Assembly (NCBI RefSeq): GCF_009834535.1
Contig: NC_045697.1
Span: forward strand, 27,714,001 to 27,778,000
Source: Camelus ferus
Taxonomy: Eukaryota
Direction: 5' to 3'
Length of the DNA stretch: 64,000 nucleotides
This document shows, in pieces, positions 46,083-58,750 of this stretch. Below the pieces are notes generated by a model that saw nothing but the letters and a program-made list of their open reading frames with translations, was not told the origin of the DNA and searched no databases. The translations under genes and the position numbers were made by a program. Every line of letters starts with the position of its first letter. Within the stretch, counting starts at the first letter, position 1.

Positions 46083-46359
46083 TCATGAATTCATTTATTC
46101 ATCCCCATAGGATCAGCCTTACAATTTGTAAGGTCCACTGCAAAATGAAAATGGGGGGGGGGTCCTCTTGTTGAACATCACTAAGAGTTTCCAAGATGGT
46201 GATGGCAAATCATTAAACCAAGCATTAAATTCACTTTACTGAGTGGTACGCCCTGTGCAACTGCACTGGCTGCACACCCACGAAGCCCACCCTGCATCCA
46301 ACAAGTTTTGGGCCAGGCCCTGGAATGTAATGGTGAGCCAGACAGATGGGCTGTGCCCT

Positions 46360-46830
46360 CTCTCTCTGGCATGTACAGAAGAAAAGAGGGAAGGGAGTTC
46401 AGTGAGGACTAAGATCAGGGACACGCTGGGTCATCCAGGCGCTTCCTCACTGCAGGTTGATGAAGAACTCTCTAAGGAGGTGACATGTAAGCTTAGGATG
46501 ATGAATGACTAGGCTTCAGCCAGTCCAAGAGTAGAAGGGGAGTCTTGAGGCCAAAGGAAGGGCATAAATAAGAGATTGGAGGAAAGACTGGAGAGTGCAG
46601 CATGCTGGATGGAGGATGCAGAGGGAGCATGGCTACAGCAAAGACGACATGATGGGGTGCCCCTGTGGGGGAAAGATGGAGAGGGCAATGAGGACCAGCC
46701 CTGAAGGAAGGCTAGATTTTATCCCAAAGGCAGTGAGAGGTTCTTCTGGGTTTCTTAGGCTATGCTTAGCCGCACAGTGGGCCAGGAAAGGAGAGAAAGC
46801 AACGGACTGTCAGTGGAAGAAAACCGGGCT
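46360..46830 (-). mobile_element. L2 fragment
   Basis: ggaggtgacatgtaagcttaggatg...agattttatcccaaaggcagtgagagg; explains ORF 46595..47002. Confidence 0.65.
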
Positions 46831-47149
46831 ATCCTTCCTGGTTCCTGATGTAGAGTACGGGGAAAACAGGAAGTTAGCTGGCAGAGTCGTGCTGGCAGGA
46901 AGTCCTGGTTTGACAGGTCCCTCAGCCTTTGCACCGGGCCATGATCTTACTACCTTGGAGTTCATGCTTCTCCACAGCCTGATCAGCAGATCGGAAGAGT
47001 AGCAGCAGCAGATCCTTCCTCTTCTACCACCAGAGCTCAGCCAGTGGAAAATGTGTTCCAGACCTCCTGTTTTGTCCCTAAGCCATGGTGCCCAGAACTT
47101 GATAGGTTGGTAATCAGCGCTCTCTGTGAGGTTTCCGGGACCGACTTAG

Positions 47150-47290
47150 CACCCATGGTGCCATCACTTGTTTACCGGTTTGCCTGCACTGCCAGGCTAT
47201 CAGCTGTTTGAGATCAAGGAATTGGTCTTGCTTAATCTTTGCAGTCTAGTTCCTCACAAGGTAGGCAATAAATGTATTGGTAAACTGAAT
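47150..47290 (+). mobile_element. L2 3' end
   Basis: cagctgtttgagatcaaggattggtcttgcttaatctttgcag...gtaggcaataaatgtattgg. Confidence 0.6.
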
Positions 47291-48938
47291 TAAATTATAC
47301 TTAATACAGTTACACTCAGGGAACAGTATGCATTCAGCCATTTTGGGGAGGCTGAACTTGAAAACTTTTAAACATGTGTAATTTTTATAAGGAAAAAAGT
47401 ATTTTGGGTTCTGAGCCATTGGCTTTAAAAATACATTTTAGGGACACAATTTTTTTCTAATGTGGGGGTTGTTCAGAAATGATCAAAGCACATGTTCATT
47501 TGATTATAAGCTCCTTGGCAGACAGGACTATGTGTTTTTAATGTCTGTCTCCCACAGGGCATGGCATCTAGTAACATGGCTCATTATTCAATGAATGTGT
47601 AGATGACACACATATACACACACACCAACTCATGCATTTTTTTGCACATTAAAGGGTTTTAAAGGCACAGATTCAGGTAATTTGCCTTGTTTCACTGTAC
47701 AATAGAGGTATAAACAGGAAAGCACACCATAGTATATATGATGCATATCAAAGGCATGTGAATGTGTAATTATTATACATCAAAAATCATAAAGGTGGAT
47801 GATAAATCACTTATCTAGTAGAAGCATTTCTCCATGAGTCTCCATGTGATGTTTAATAGAAAAATATATAAGGAGGGAAATGGGATGAAACGCTCCATTC
47901 TTTCAAACTTTATAAAGAAGTGTGAAATGATTTAGATAACATGCTATAACTGTAAAATCAATTCAGGGAGGAAATGTTCAAGAATAAGTGATTTTCAAGA
48001 AGTATGATTTTATGACCTGACATCAGAGACATAGTTGAACACATAGAAGAATTGCCTGACCCCGAAGCGATATTAACGAGCCAATGGGCTGGTGTTCGGT
48101 GAACCACTTGTAACTAGAGAGCCGGCCGGCCGGAAAGAGAGGGGGTGGAGTTTCTGAGGAACCAGGCAGAACTGGGATTTTCTCAGCTGAGTCTGCAGTT
48201 TCACTTAGGTTCTGATCAAAGTTATCGCTAACATGTAACAAAAACAGATGCAATTTTTCTTATAGCTCTTTGGTGTCTAGAATACAAATCCCCTCTCTTG
48301 TCCCTGACCAGCTCTTCCATTCTCAGGAATACTTTCTACTTCTCCTTCTTCGTTCCTGGAATCCATGGTCATCACCAGACTTTGCAGAACTTTCTTCCTG
48401 ATAAGTTACCCCCATCTCTCCATTCCTACATCCTCCCCACAAAGAATAGCATCATGGGCCCCTTGAACACCTGCCCTCCATGGAAGACAAACGCAACCAT
48501 TCCTTTAAGCTGGAAGAGACCTTAGAGATCAACTGACAAAAGAGGCCAGGAGACTTGCAGCGGCTCTCATGACATCGCGGAGCTGTTCTGGTTGCAGAGC
48601 CAGCATAAGACTCTTACTCTGTCATGTCCTGATGCCACCTCTACAAGTTCTTAATGTCTAGCCTGGGAGCAGCAGGTGCAATTGGCTTCCCCAAGACAGT
48701 TTTCAATAATTTCATGTACTAGTAAGTGAACGCAATACCACTCTGAAAGGTCACTTTTAAATCCACCTGGTGTATTTACTTCCCTTGTGGAAATAATTTT
48801 AATGCTTCCTTGTCCTGACTAATCTGTATCCAGGCATGGATATGATTTTTGTGTTGGTATAATCAGTGCATGTACTTTTCATGCTACTTTTGTTTCATTT
48901 GAACAGTCATGTGTAAACACTTGTCCAGCTTTCTAGAG

Positions 48939-49148
48939 CATCACTGTCTAACTGAATTTTCTGTGATAATGAAAATGTCCAAAATCTGCACTTTGACAGA
49001 AGCCACTAGCTGTATGTGGCTCTAAGCACTTGAAGTGGAGCTAGTGTAACTGAGGAACTGAATTTTTATCTTATTTCATTTTAATTCATTTAAATGCAAA
49101 TTTAGATAGTCACTTATGGCTAGATGACTCCAGTATCAGCCAACACAG
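48939..49148. mobile_element. MER3 hAT-Charlie element with 8-bp TSD
   Basis: agccactagctgtatgtggctctaagcacttgaagtggagctagtgtaactgaggaactgaatttt; TSD ttctagag/ttctaaag. Confidence 0.9.
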
Positions 49149-49626
49149 TTCTAAAGACTCATCCTATGTCTTCCTTATAATGGGTATGTAATATTTCATT
49201 GTATTCCTATCTTGGTTTATTTTATTGTTTCTCTGTCCTTGTTCATTCAAAATGCCTTTCATTTTTTTATTTTTTTTTGCAAATGCAGCAAATACAGCAT
49301 TGTGTATGGTTATTTGAACATTGCCTTAAAAATGGTTGCTCTTCTGGCATTTTTCTTCTTTTGATTTATTTGTTTCATTCAATCTTCTGCAAATAAAATT
49401 ACAGCTGGGTAGTGTTTTGACTGAGATATTCCTCAGAATCCCCAAAGAGCCCCCAGCCCTCCCTATCCTCCCATTACATACCCATGGGAGCAAGAACTCT
49501 GTCAAGAACCCAGGTCTTCCATCCCCAAATCCTCTGGTGGGGCATCAATCTCACCCCTTTCTCCCAGTGCCTCCATCATCCCTCACTCATGCTTTGGGGC
49601 TCCTTTCCCACAAGCCAGCTTTATCC

Positions 49627-49652
49627 TTTTTTTTTTTTTTTTTTTTTTTTTT
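49627..49652. repeat. poly(T) run (26 nt)
   Basis: Read directly. Confidence 0.95.
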
Positions 49653-51385
49653 AATCTTTACGAACAAAGAAACAGGTCATTTTGATTTAAGGGATTAGCT
49701 GCTAATCCAGACAAAATAGAAAGCACAGGGATGTTCCAAAAGTTCAGAGTCTGGGATGTATCCCACAGCCCCAGGCCCAAGTCCCCACTCCTGGCTGGGG
49801 AGTTGGTCGAGGGGGCTGCAAACACAGTGGCACTAGTTTCCCTGAGCAGCCTCAGCTCATGACGACACTTGCTGTGTTTCTCACAGCCTCACATGCCACA
49901 GTCACCTCCGCAGAGAGGATGCTGGTGAAATGCAGCAGAAGGGATGTAAACCCAACCCCTCAATCAGGAAGGGTGGACAGACCACTCTCCAGAGCACCTT
50001 AATGGTGAAAGCTGCAAAAGCTGAGCGATTCCACCATGATTTTCAGGTTGGACAATGTCAGAAATGAAGCCAGCACTATAGGGACCCAATATGGAAGTCT
50101 AAATCACGAGGCACTGGGAAGAAAACACCTCAAGTAATGCTTAAGCAGAAAAGGAGGGATGGAGAAAAATAAGGATATTTATCACTAGATCATGTAAGAT
50201 AACCAAGTTAAAGAGATGCTTTTAAAACTATGAGTGCACACAGGCATGAGTAAGAGAACATTAGGCAGACACCAAGAATACAAGGTAAGTGTCCTTCAGA
50301 ACAAAGACAACTTGCTACAGTTACTGGTTCCTAGTGGACCAGTCAGAGCAAAGGTGGGGATTATTTCATGATTTCAGGGTTCTCAGGCTTATCCCCTCAG
50401 ACAAATACCACGTGGGGATCCAGACTGAGTTAGCCCATGGAAGAGAGCAGAGCTTACAGAATGAAAGCCTTGATCAAACCAAACCTAAAGTCCATCCACC
50501 TCTAGAATATTCAGTTGCATGAAGTCTTTTCTCTCTGTGATTGGGGTTTACAGGCCTGTGGTTTTCTTAGTGTAAGGTTCCTGGATGTAGAGCTACTGTA
50601 AAGAAATCCAACCTTACAGAGATGAACATTTGGAGGAAATCCCCTCTTTCATAATCTGTGGAAACTGAGCATTAATTCAGGAATAACAATATACCGGTAG
50701 CAGGAAGGGAGGGTATTGGAGAGCTCAGCCGTAGTCTGCCGCTTGATCAAGTCATTTGAACTTTGCTGGGTGTCAGCTTCCTTAGTTATAAAATAGGATG
50801 CTGGGAGAGATAAGTAGTTTTTAAACTTAATTTTGACTAAACGAGTAATTTTAAACATTTGACAACAGAAACCTTCTCCACCTTCTCCTCCTGAATTAGT
50901 TTCACAAGGAGTCCCAGTGGAGAGCGGAGGTAAAAGTGGAGGTGTTCTGGTTAAACTGGGGTCAGAGCTGGAGCCCGTCTACTCAGCTTCCTCCCATCCC
51001 TCCAAGGCAGCCCCGGAAGCGCCTCCAGGGAAGCCCGAGGATCCTGGTGAGACAGTCTGAGACCCTGCGGACCGGAAGCTCCCCACGTCCCCTTCTCGCT
51101 TGGATTCTAGGAATAGTGAGATGCTAAATGTAGAGGTCATTTCCTCAAATTGTCCTCAGTCTTCCAGCATATGCATCCCCACCCCCATTTGACATTTTAG
51201 CTGTATAAATACATGCTTCAAAAAATAAAGTTACCAAGTTAAAGAATATTTAACTCCAAAAGCATCCATTTGCCTTAGATGTCAGAAAATGTCTACTCAA
51301 ATACCTGTCTCCAAAAGAATATTTTAAAAAATTAAATACAGCTCCTGATAACCAAAATTCAGGACTCTAAGGTTCTGACACACAG

Positions 51386-51729
51386 TGTCTTAGTTCATTC
51401 GGGCTGCTACAACAAAACACCATAGACTGAGTGGCTTATGAACAACAGAAGTTTTATTCTTCACAGGAGGCTGTGAAGTCCGAGGCTGACAGTCCGGTGA
51501 AAGCAAGCCTCCTAGCTCACAGACAGCTGTCCTGGCTATGTTCTCACGTGGTGGGAGGGGCAGGAGAGCTCTCTGGGGTCTCCTTTAGGGGAGCACTAAT
51601 CCCATTCGTGAGGGTTCTGCCCTCATGACCCAATCACCCCCAAAGTTCACACTTCTTAATATCATCACCTTGTGGGGGTTAGGATTCAACATATGAACTT
51701 TAGGGGACACAAACATTCAGATCATAGCA
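51386..51729 (-). mobile_element. MLT1A MaLR solo LTR with perfect 5-bp TSD
   Basis: tgtcttagttcattcgggctgct ... ggggacacaaacattcagatcatagca; CACAG at 51381-51385 and 51730-51734. Confidence 0.95.
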
Positions 51730-53344
51730 CACAGAGTGGATCACACATCATTTGGGGATCTTTGAGATAACGGTCCGGATCCTATAAAGGCACCCCACCA
51801 AGTCATCAGGGATCCAAGTGCTTTCCAGCTCTGCTCCCCATTTTTATTAGGGGGCCCCTTTTAATCCTTATATGAGTTGCTTTCTCATTGTTGCTCTGGA
51901 CCTCATCTTCACATTCCAGGCAGGAAGGTGAAAGAAGAATGAAGTGTCCAAAAAAGTTTCTCCTTTAGAAAGGCTCTGCCTTTTAGATTAGGAATGGCAG
52001 CCTCTCCAGGAACCAAAAATGCCACATGGCCATCTCTCATTGAAAGATGATCAGGGAGAAAGACAGTGGAAGGGGACTGGTCAGCTGACCAGCAGAGAGC
52101 CATGGAGCTGATGTACCTGGAGGCAAAAGAGGGGACTTCAGCCTCTAGGAGGTCTCTGCCTCTGACAGAGGAGCCAGGGGATGGAGAAGAGGAAAGCTGG
52201 AGAGATGGGAAACAGTGCGTCTGCAGACCATGGGGCGCTTCCCCTACAGTTCTGGGTTGATCTCTGTGGGGGGCAGAGACAGATGAGGGAACCTTACTGC
52301 TCACTCCCGACGTCTCCTTCAGGAGGAGGGACACTCCTTGGAACAACCTCAGCCTTCCTCTAGGAGGTGGAGCAAGTCTTGGTCCAGTCTATTGGCCAGT
52401 TCCTTCGTCCCACAGGTTTTACAAGGTCGGGCCCCGTATTGACCACCTATGGCCATTAGCATTGCCTAAGACTATGTGTGAAGCCTGCCGAGCTTGAGGG
52501 TCCAGTATTAAGAAGCCCAACACTGCCCTACACCTAAGCCGCATCCTAACATAGCCTTTATCAGTAATAAGGATGATATTTTCATCCTTGCTTGCTCTTC
52601 TCCCTTATTTTGTCTCTGAATTGGTTCCAAACTCAGCTGTGAAAAGAGGTGTTATTTATTGGCTAGGTGGTGTCTAGAATAGTGAGAGTTTAATAAGCAT
52701 TTTGTCAAATGAAAAAATGTTCGATCGTTGCTCCAGGACTTCTGTGATTACGTACATTTGTATTCCCAGAATAAGGATCAAAGCAGATGGTAGGCATCTA
52801 AAGCCTCTGACAAGTAAACAAGAGCACAGACTTATACCAGTATTAGTGCCACTAATGGGACGCCCAGCACAGTACCTGGAAGTTTTTATTGAATGAATGA
52901 ATGAACGCTTACAGTGTTACACAGTCCAGCTCGGACTTTGGCACAGTGTAAAGGAAAGAGTGAGCAAGTAGGAAACTTCTTCTCTCATGGCTTCTAGTCA
53001 ATGGTTAAGCAGGAGAAAAAATAATTACAAAGAAAGCATGAAAGGATGCCTGTTAAATAGTCCTCAATAGCAGAACCCCTTCTCATGTTAGTGTTAAAGG
53101 GAGAACTAACCCCTGTGTAGCAGACATATGATAATGTCAAGCTTTTGCTTTCTGTCATGTTAGATTTAGAGCTCTAATTTGTTTTATGAAATGTCTGAAT
53201 GTATGGTAATAAGCAACATTTTCATGAAGTTCTTCTGAGTTGATTTTTTAAAACAATCTGAATATTTCTGGATACCAGAAAACATAAACTTCTAATATTC
53301 ACACAAATTATGGGAAAGCAGTTGAAAATGTGACATCAGCAAAA

Positions 53345-53757
53345 CCTGTGGTTTACACTATTCCCCATATTTATTCTTTCTTCTTCCTGAGTTTTGGCTG
53401 GACACATGGCTGCCCAGAATGGAGACTACATTTCCTAGACTCCTCAAAGCTAGGTGTGCCCTTATGACTAACTCCAAAGCAAAAGCATGAAATAGAACTG
53501 GTGTGTGTATTCCTATTTCCTAGAATTCAGGTGCGATGACTGGTGCTCTGGCAGCCATTTTGATTCATAAGGTGGTTTCGGAATAGAAACCACACATTGG
53601 CAGAGCAATAAGATAAGCCTGAGTCCTTAATAACTTTGAATGCCTTGGCAACTCTGTACTGACTCTCTCCACACCCCTTAAACACAAGGGAAATGGATAA
53701 ACTAACCTGTTCCCATTTTGAGTTTTTCTGTTACTTGTGTCTAATCCTAATGATACA
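53345..53757 (+). mobile_element. LTR16-family ERVL solo LTR
   Basis: gactacatttcctagactcctcaaagctaggtgtgccc...gcagccattttg...ctaatcctaatgataca. Confidence 0.7.
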
Positions 53758-53819
53758 TATGCAAGTCTTTATAGTCATGTTTCATTGAAACAGGCTCCGG
53801 ACTCATACAAATCTAGGCC

Positions 53820-54020
53820 TGGAGGCAGATGTACATTAATTAATTAATAGTTGTAATACTGAGTAAGTTACCCAATCTCTTTACCTCTTGGGAACCTCAT
53901 TTGTAAAACAGGGAGAATAAAAGTATATACTTCTTATGTTAGGATTAAATGTAATAATGCCAGTAAAGCACTTGGTACAGTGTCTGGCACAATTAAACGC
54001 TAAACAAATGTTAGCTGTTA
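53820..54020 (+). mobile_element. MIR SINE
   Basis: aagttacccaatctct...cctcatttgtaaaacaggg...aaagcacttggtacagtgtctggcaca. Confidence 0.8.
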
Positions 54021-55269
54021 AAGCTGAGGTTTATGAAAATGAGAAAGAGTAACTACTATAATTAGCCAAATTGAATGTACTTTCAACCCTATCACTGGAC
54101 ATTTTATGATCTTTCTGGTATACCTTATTTTTTAAAGTGTTGGATGATTTTTATATTTGTCCTAAGACATCTTAAATTTAATCTATGGGTCAGTTAGAAT
54201 CCTGAGACAAAATAGCTAGTATTTCTACAACAATGACACAATAGACATTTCTCCTGTAATGTGTAACAGATTTTAAGAAGGGTTGGAAATAGGTAGCGTT
54301 TTAAATGATATTAGGCTGTCCTGACTTACTGCTAAAGCCCATGGAACTCTTTGTTACAGATGCTCTTAGCAAGTACACTTGAGTCACTTGAGTAAGACAT
54401 CTGTTGCTTGGTGATGGGAAAATGGTTGAACTTAAACATAAAAGACTGAATGAAAATCCACATAATAGACAATTATCATTGATTTTCAGGCTGATAAGGG
54501 CAGGAAATTCAGGTGGTTAGCAAAAGGAAGCATTGTGCCCCTGCTGGAGGAAAATCTCTAACTGCCAAATGATACACCATCATGTCAGATTCAAGATCTC
54601 CTGGGCTTTCTCTGTAAACAACAGAGAGGCAACTCCAAAAATAGCAGTGCTTGACAACACTCAAAACCAACTGAAAATATCATCACTCTGGAACAACTAA
54701 AAGAAACAAAGAAACCAGTAGACAGACATGGATTCAGGAACCAAATTTACAGTTACATGTAGAATGTTTAAAGTATATAAAAAAAAAAGCTCAATAATTT
54801 ATCATTATTCATATTCATAGTATTTTAATAATAATAATTGACTAGGCATACTCTGAAAGTATCCACAAGGAAGAAATTCCAACTTAAATTAGGTTAACCT
54901 TCAAGTTGAAGCCCAGTTCTTGGACAAATGCATCTCAGTCTTCAGGCATTAAATCCAGGTTGTGAAATAGACACAAATTTATATCAGTCATGGTGGTTGC
55001 CTGGCCTCTACATAAAAGAAAGATTGTGATGACCTGTTCTGTCTCTATAGGAAAGAATGCTGTGATCCAGTAGTGATTTCTCTTATGAGTGAGTACAGGA
55101 CAGAGATGGTGGGTGTAGACATTGACTGTATTTTATATCCTCCTAGTTCAGTACTGTGCTTCCGGTCCTAGCAGACCAGATAAAGCATCTGTCTTCTTCC
55201 CCTGGGCCCGAGTTCTTATTCTGGCAACCTACCTAGTCACACCACTCTCTCTAGACTGGAGACACAGAG

Positions 55270-55680
55270 CATTCAGTTTTCTAGTGATACAAACCCAACT
55301 CAAAGTATCTGAAGCAGAAAACATAAGATGTATTGTCTCACTTAACTCTGGAGTCCAGGGATACAACTGGAGTCCAACACAAGATTCAGAAGTTTCATCA
55401 TGTTGTTGGAGATCTATCTCTCTCTCTTCCTGAAGAGAAGTTCTCTTAGATAGGCTTTCTATAAAGAAGGCAGGATGGCCACCAGTAGTGCAGCCTCACA
55501 TCTCCCCACCTCAGTAACCACAGTGGAAGGTACCAATCTTTCCTGATGGCCCTTGAAAAAAAAAATCGCAGGCAGGATTCTGATTGTCTCTGATTCAGTT
55601 ACATGGACATACTAAAACCACTAAAGCCAGGAGGGCTGTTAGCTCTGATCAGCTAGATTTGACTTCAGTGTCCACCTAGG
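55270..55680 (-). mobile_element. MLT1K/L-like MaLR LTR
   Basis: gatacaaacccaactcaaagtatctgaagcagaaa...ggatggccaccagtag...ggattctgattg. Confidence 0.55.
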
Positions 55681-56348
55681 TAGCTGCTAGTCGGCACCAG
55701 GCTCTGTGAAGGGGAGTATCTAAGCACAGGTGGTTTCTGAGGGAAAAGTACCTGTGGACATTGGGGATTTGGAAATTACCTGAAAATCATTGTGGTTACA
55801 GATCCTGAGAAAGTCTTCACCTACTGAAGTGTACACATCCTATGGTTGGGCCATTTTAAAATCTGTTTAAATGATTCTGTTAATCAGCCAGGTTTTGCTG
55901 ACTTCATTTGCTTGCTTAAGATGCAAGAGGAGTTCTCATTTCATAGAGAGGTTTCATTCTCCTTTCAGGAAAGAAAATCTTCTTTCAGTTTACCAGAAAG
56001 AGAGAGAGATTTCTACTTTAAGGAAAAAGATCTGGGAAAAGAACTGAAGCCAGGGAAGTGAGCCTGGCACTCACACTACTTTTGTGGAAGGGACACTTGC
56101 CAGTCTGGAGGAAAAGGCTGAGAGGATGTGTGCACTACTGATAGACTCTTAGGTACCAGGAGTTTAAAAAAAAATCAAAGAACAAGGTCAGCCCTGTTCT
56201 CTAATAAAATATATCTTCTCCTCCTACTTTGAGGCAGGACCCTAAAAGACTGCACCCTAAGTGTAAAGGTAAACTAGAAGCAAATCAGCCCTCACACAGA
56301 CTGTATTCCAGTTTTATAATATCCAGAGGCTAAAAAAATGCCAGTTAA

Positions 56349-56856
56349 ATCACTGGGTAAAGAAGTTGTGGTATATTTATACAATGGAATACTACTCAGT
56401 CATAAAAATAATAAAGTAATGCCATTTGCAGCAACATGAATGGACATGAAGATTGCCATTCTAAGTGAAATAAGACAGAAAGAGAAAGAAAAATACCATA
56501 AGAGATCACTTGTATGTGGAATCTAAAAAAGAAAGACAAACAAACTTATTTACAAAACAGAAACAGACTCACAGACATAGAAAACAAACTTATGGTTACC
56601 AGCAGGGGAAGGGAGTGGGAAGGGATAAACTGGGAGTTCCAGATTTTCAGATACTAACTAACATATATAAAATAGATAAACAACAAGTTCATACTGTATG
56701 GCACAGGGAACTATATTCAATACCTTGTAGTAACTTGTGGTGAAAAAGAATATGAAAATGAATATATGTATGTTCATGTATAAGTGAAGTGCTGTAGACC
56801 AGAAATTGACACAACATTGTAAACTGATTGTACTTCAATAAAAGTATATATTTTTT
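56349..56856 (+). mobile_element. L1 3' end (camelid/cetartiodactyl type) with TSD
   Basis: aaagaagttgtggtatatttatacaatggaatactactcag...ggcacagggaactatattcaatacc; TSD aaatgccagttaa (56336-56348) / aaatgtcagtcaa (56857-56869); explains ORF 56510..56743. Confidence 0.92.
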
Positions 56857-56929
56857 AAATGTCAGTCAATGCACACTTGGATGAAGTTAATCCCATACTG
56901 CTAATATACTCACATGATGCAGAAACAAA

Positions 56930-58300
56930 CACAACCTGTCTCATGATAAAGATGATATCATCTCAGACCTCAAATTGTTTCTACAAGTTTTTAAAATAAG
57001 ATGTTTAAGACACAACCAAGAATAACTAGGCACACAAAAAAGAAAAGAACACCATAAGCAAGAACCAGCAGAAAAAACAAACAGAAACATACCCAGAGAA
57101 ACTCTAGATTCTAACAGATAAGACATAGACTATAAAACAATGTTTACTATGTTCAAAGAAATAAAAGGTTATTTTGGCAAGAATCTGTAAACCACAAAAA
57201 TGATGCTGCCAATTTGAAAGACACTCAAATAGAAATTCTAGAACTAAAAATACAATGGCCAAAACTAAGAACTCATGTTCTTAACTCAGGACAGTTTTAA
57301 CAGCAGATTAGACAAAGCAGTAAAGAACTAGTGAACCAAAGATAATATGAGAATAAAATGTCCAGAGTGCAGCATGGAGAAACAAAAGGTTGAAGATGGA
57401 AAAGAAAACATAAGACACAGAGGGAACAGTGAAAAATTGTAACAGATATCCGATTCTAGTCATGAAAGGACGGCCAATACAGTCCTGAACAGAATAAATA
57501 AAGGCGTATTATATCAAAACTGGAAATTTTTGGAACAAAAGATGAAAATTCCAGAGCTGAAGAAAGTCACAAGTCTTCAAATTAAGAAGGCCCATCAATC
57601 ATAATTTCTAAAAAATTCTATGTGTTCCTAAATGTTACCTCATCTTAAGGAACTGTACACGCAATCTACTGTTTTCACTTACTTTCCTTCTATTCATAGT
57701 AATTACTTTGTTTATTCATTTGTTTATAGTCTTGTCTCTCTGTTCTCAAATGTATTCTCCATGTAGACAGAGACCATGTCTACCTCTTAAATAACTGCTA
57801 CTGTTATTTCTAGAGAATATACATGCACTGCCTGGCTTCAGGGCTGGACCTCGGGCAGAGGTGTAAGGAGGGGCTCTCTCAGCGTCATGCGTTACACCAT
57901 GAAAATAAAGCCTGAAAGATTAGAGAATGGAAAAGTCACTTGTTTTAAACAACAGCAAGAAGGGTAAATTTGATGGGCAATAGCCTTCTTATCAACAACC
58001 CTGGATGATGAAAGATAACAGAGGAAATCTTCAAAATTTTCAGACAAAAGAATTTTTAATCTAAAATTGTATACCCCATCAGCCAGCATTCACATAGGAG
58101 GACAAAGTATTTTCTTAAACATGAAAGTACTCCAAAACTTTATCATGTTCAGCTCTGTTCTGAAAGAATTACTTGAGAACACGTTCCAGAAAAAAAAAAA
58201 AAAAAACTTGTAAGAAAGAAAAAAAATGGTGCATGTTTAGAAAGATGGGTAATTAAGTGTAAATAGTTATGATATATAATGTAAATAAATGAGTGAAATC
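56930..58300 (+). mobile_element. Old L1M 5'UTR/ORF1 remnants in two pieces
   Basis: aaatagaaattctagaactaaaaatacaat...ttaacagcagattagac...ctaaaattgtatacccc ORF1-like A-rich sequence, interrupted ~57600-57900. Confidence 0.7.
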
Positions 58301-58589
58301 TGAAATTAAAAGCCCAAGTGATTTCCTTATGGTAGGAAATGGAGAGAAGGGGGAAGTAAAAACTTCCTAAACATTTGTCTTACATTTGGAAAGGACACAG
58401 CTATGGTTTAACTCCAGCCATTGAGTGAATAATATATGTAAATAAGATTTTTAAGAATAATTATTAGCAGACTAGAGATAGTATATATAATTTCCAAAGC
58501 AAGAATAGAAAAAAAGAAACAAAAAAATCAAGCCAACAAAAATTACATGTCAACATACATAAACATAAATCCATAAGGATTTTTTAAGC

Positions 58590-58750
58590 CTGATAGGACA
58601 TGCACTAAAAATTCTATCTCTGGAGAGGGAAGAGCAATTGAGAGAACGGAGGGGAATGTGGATGAAGGGAGATTTAACCCTTTTTATATTTCTGATTTGA
58701 TTTCTTAAATAAGAGTGTACTCATGTATTACATATGTAATTTTTAAGCAC
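58590..58750 (+). mobile_element. L1ME-type 3' tail fragment
   Basis: tatctctggagagggaagag...ttatatttctgatttgatttc...actcatgtattacatatgtaatttt. Confidence 0.5.
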
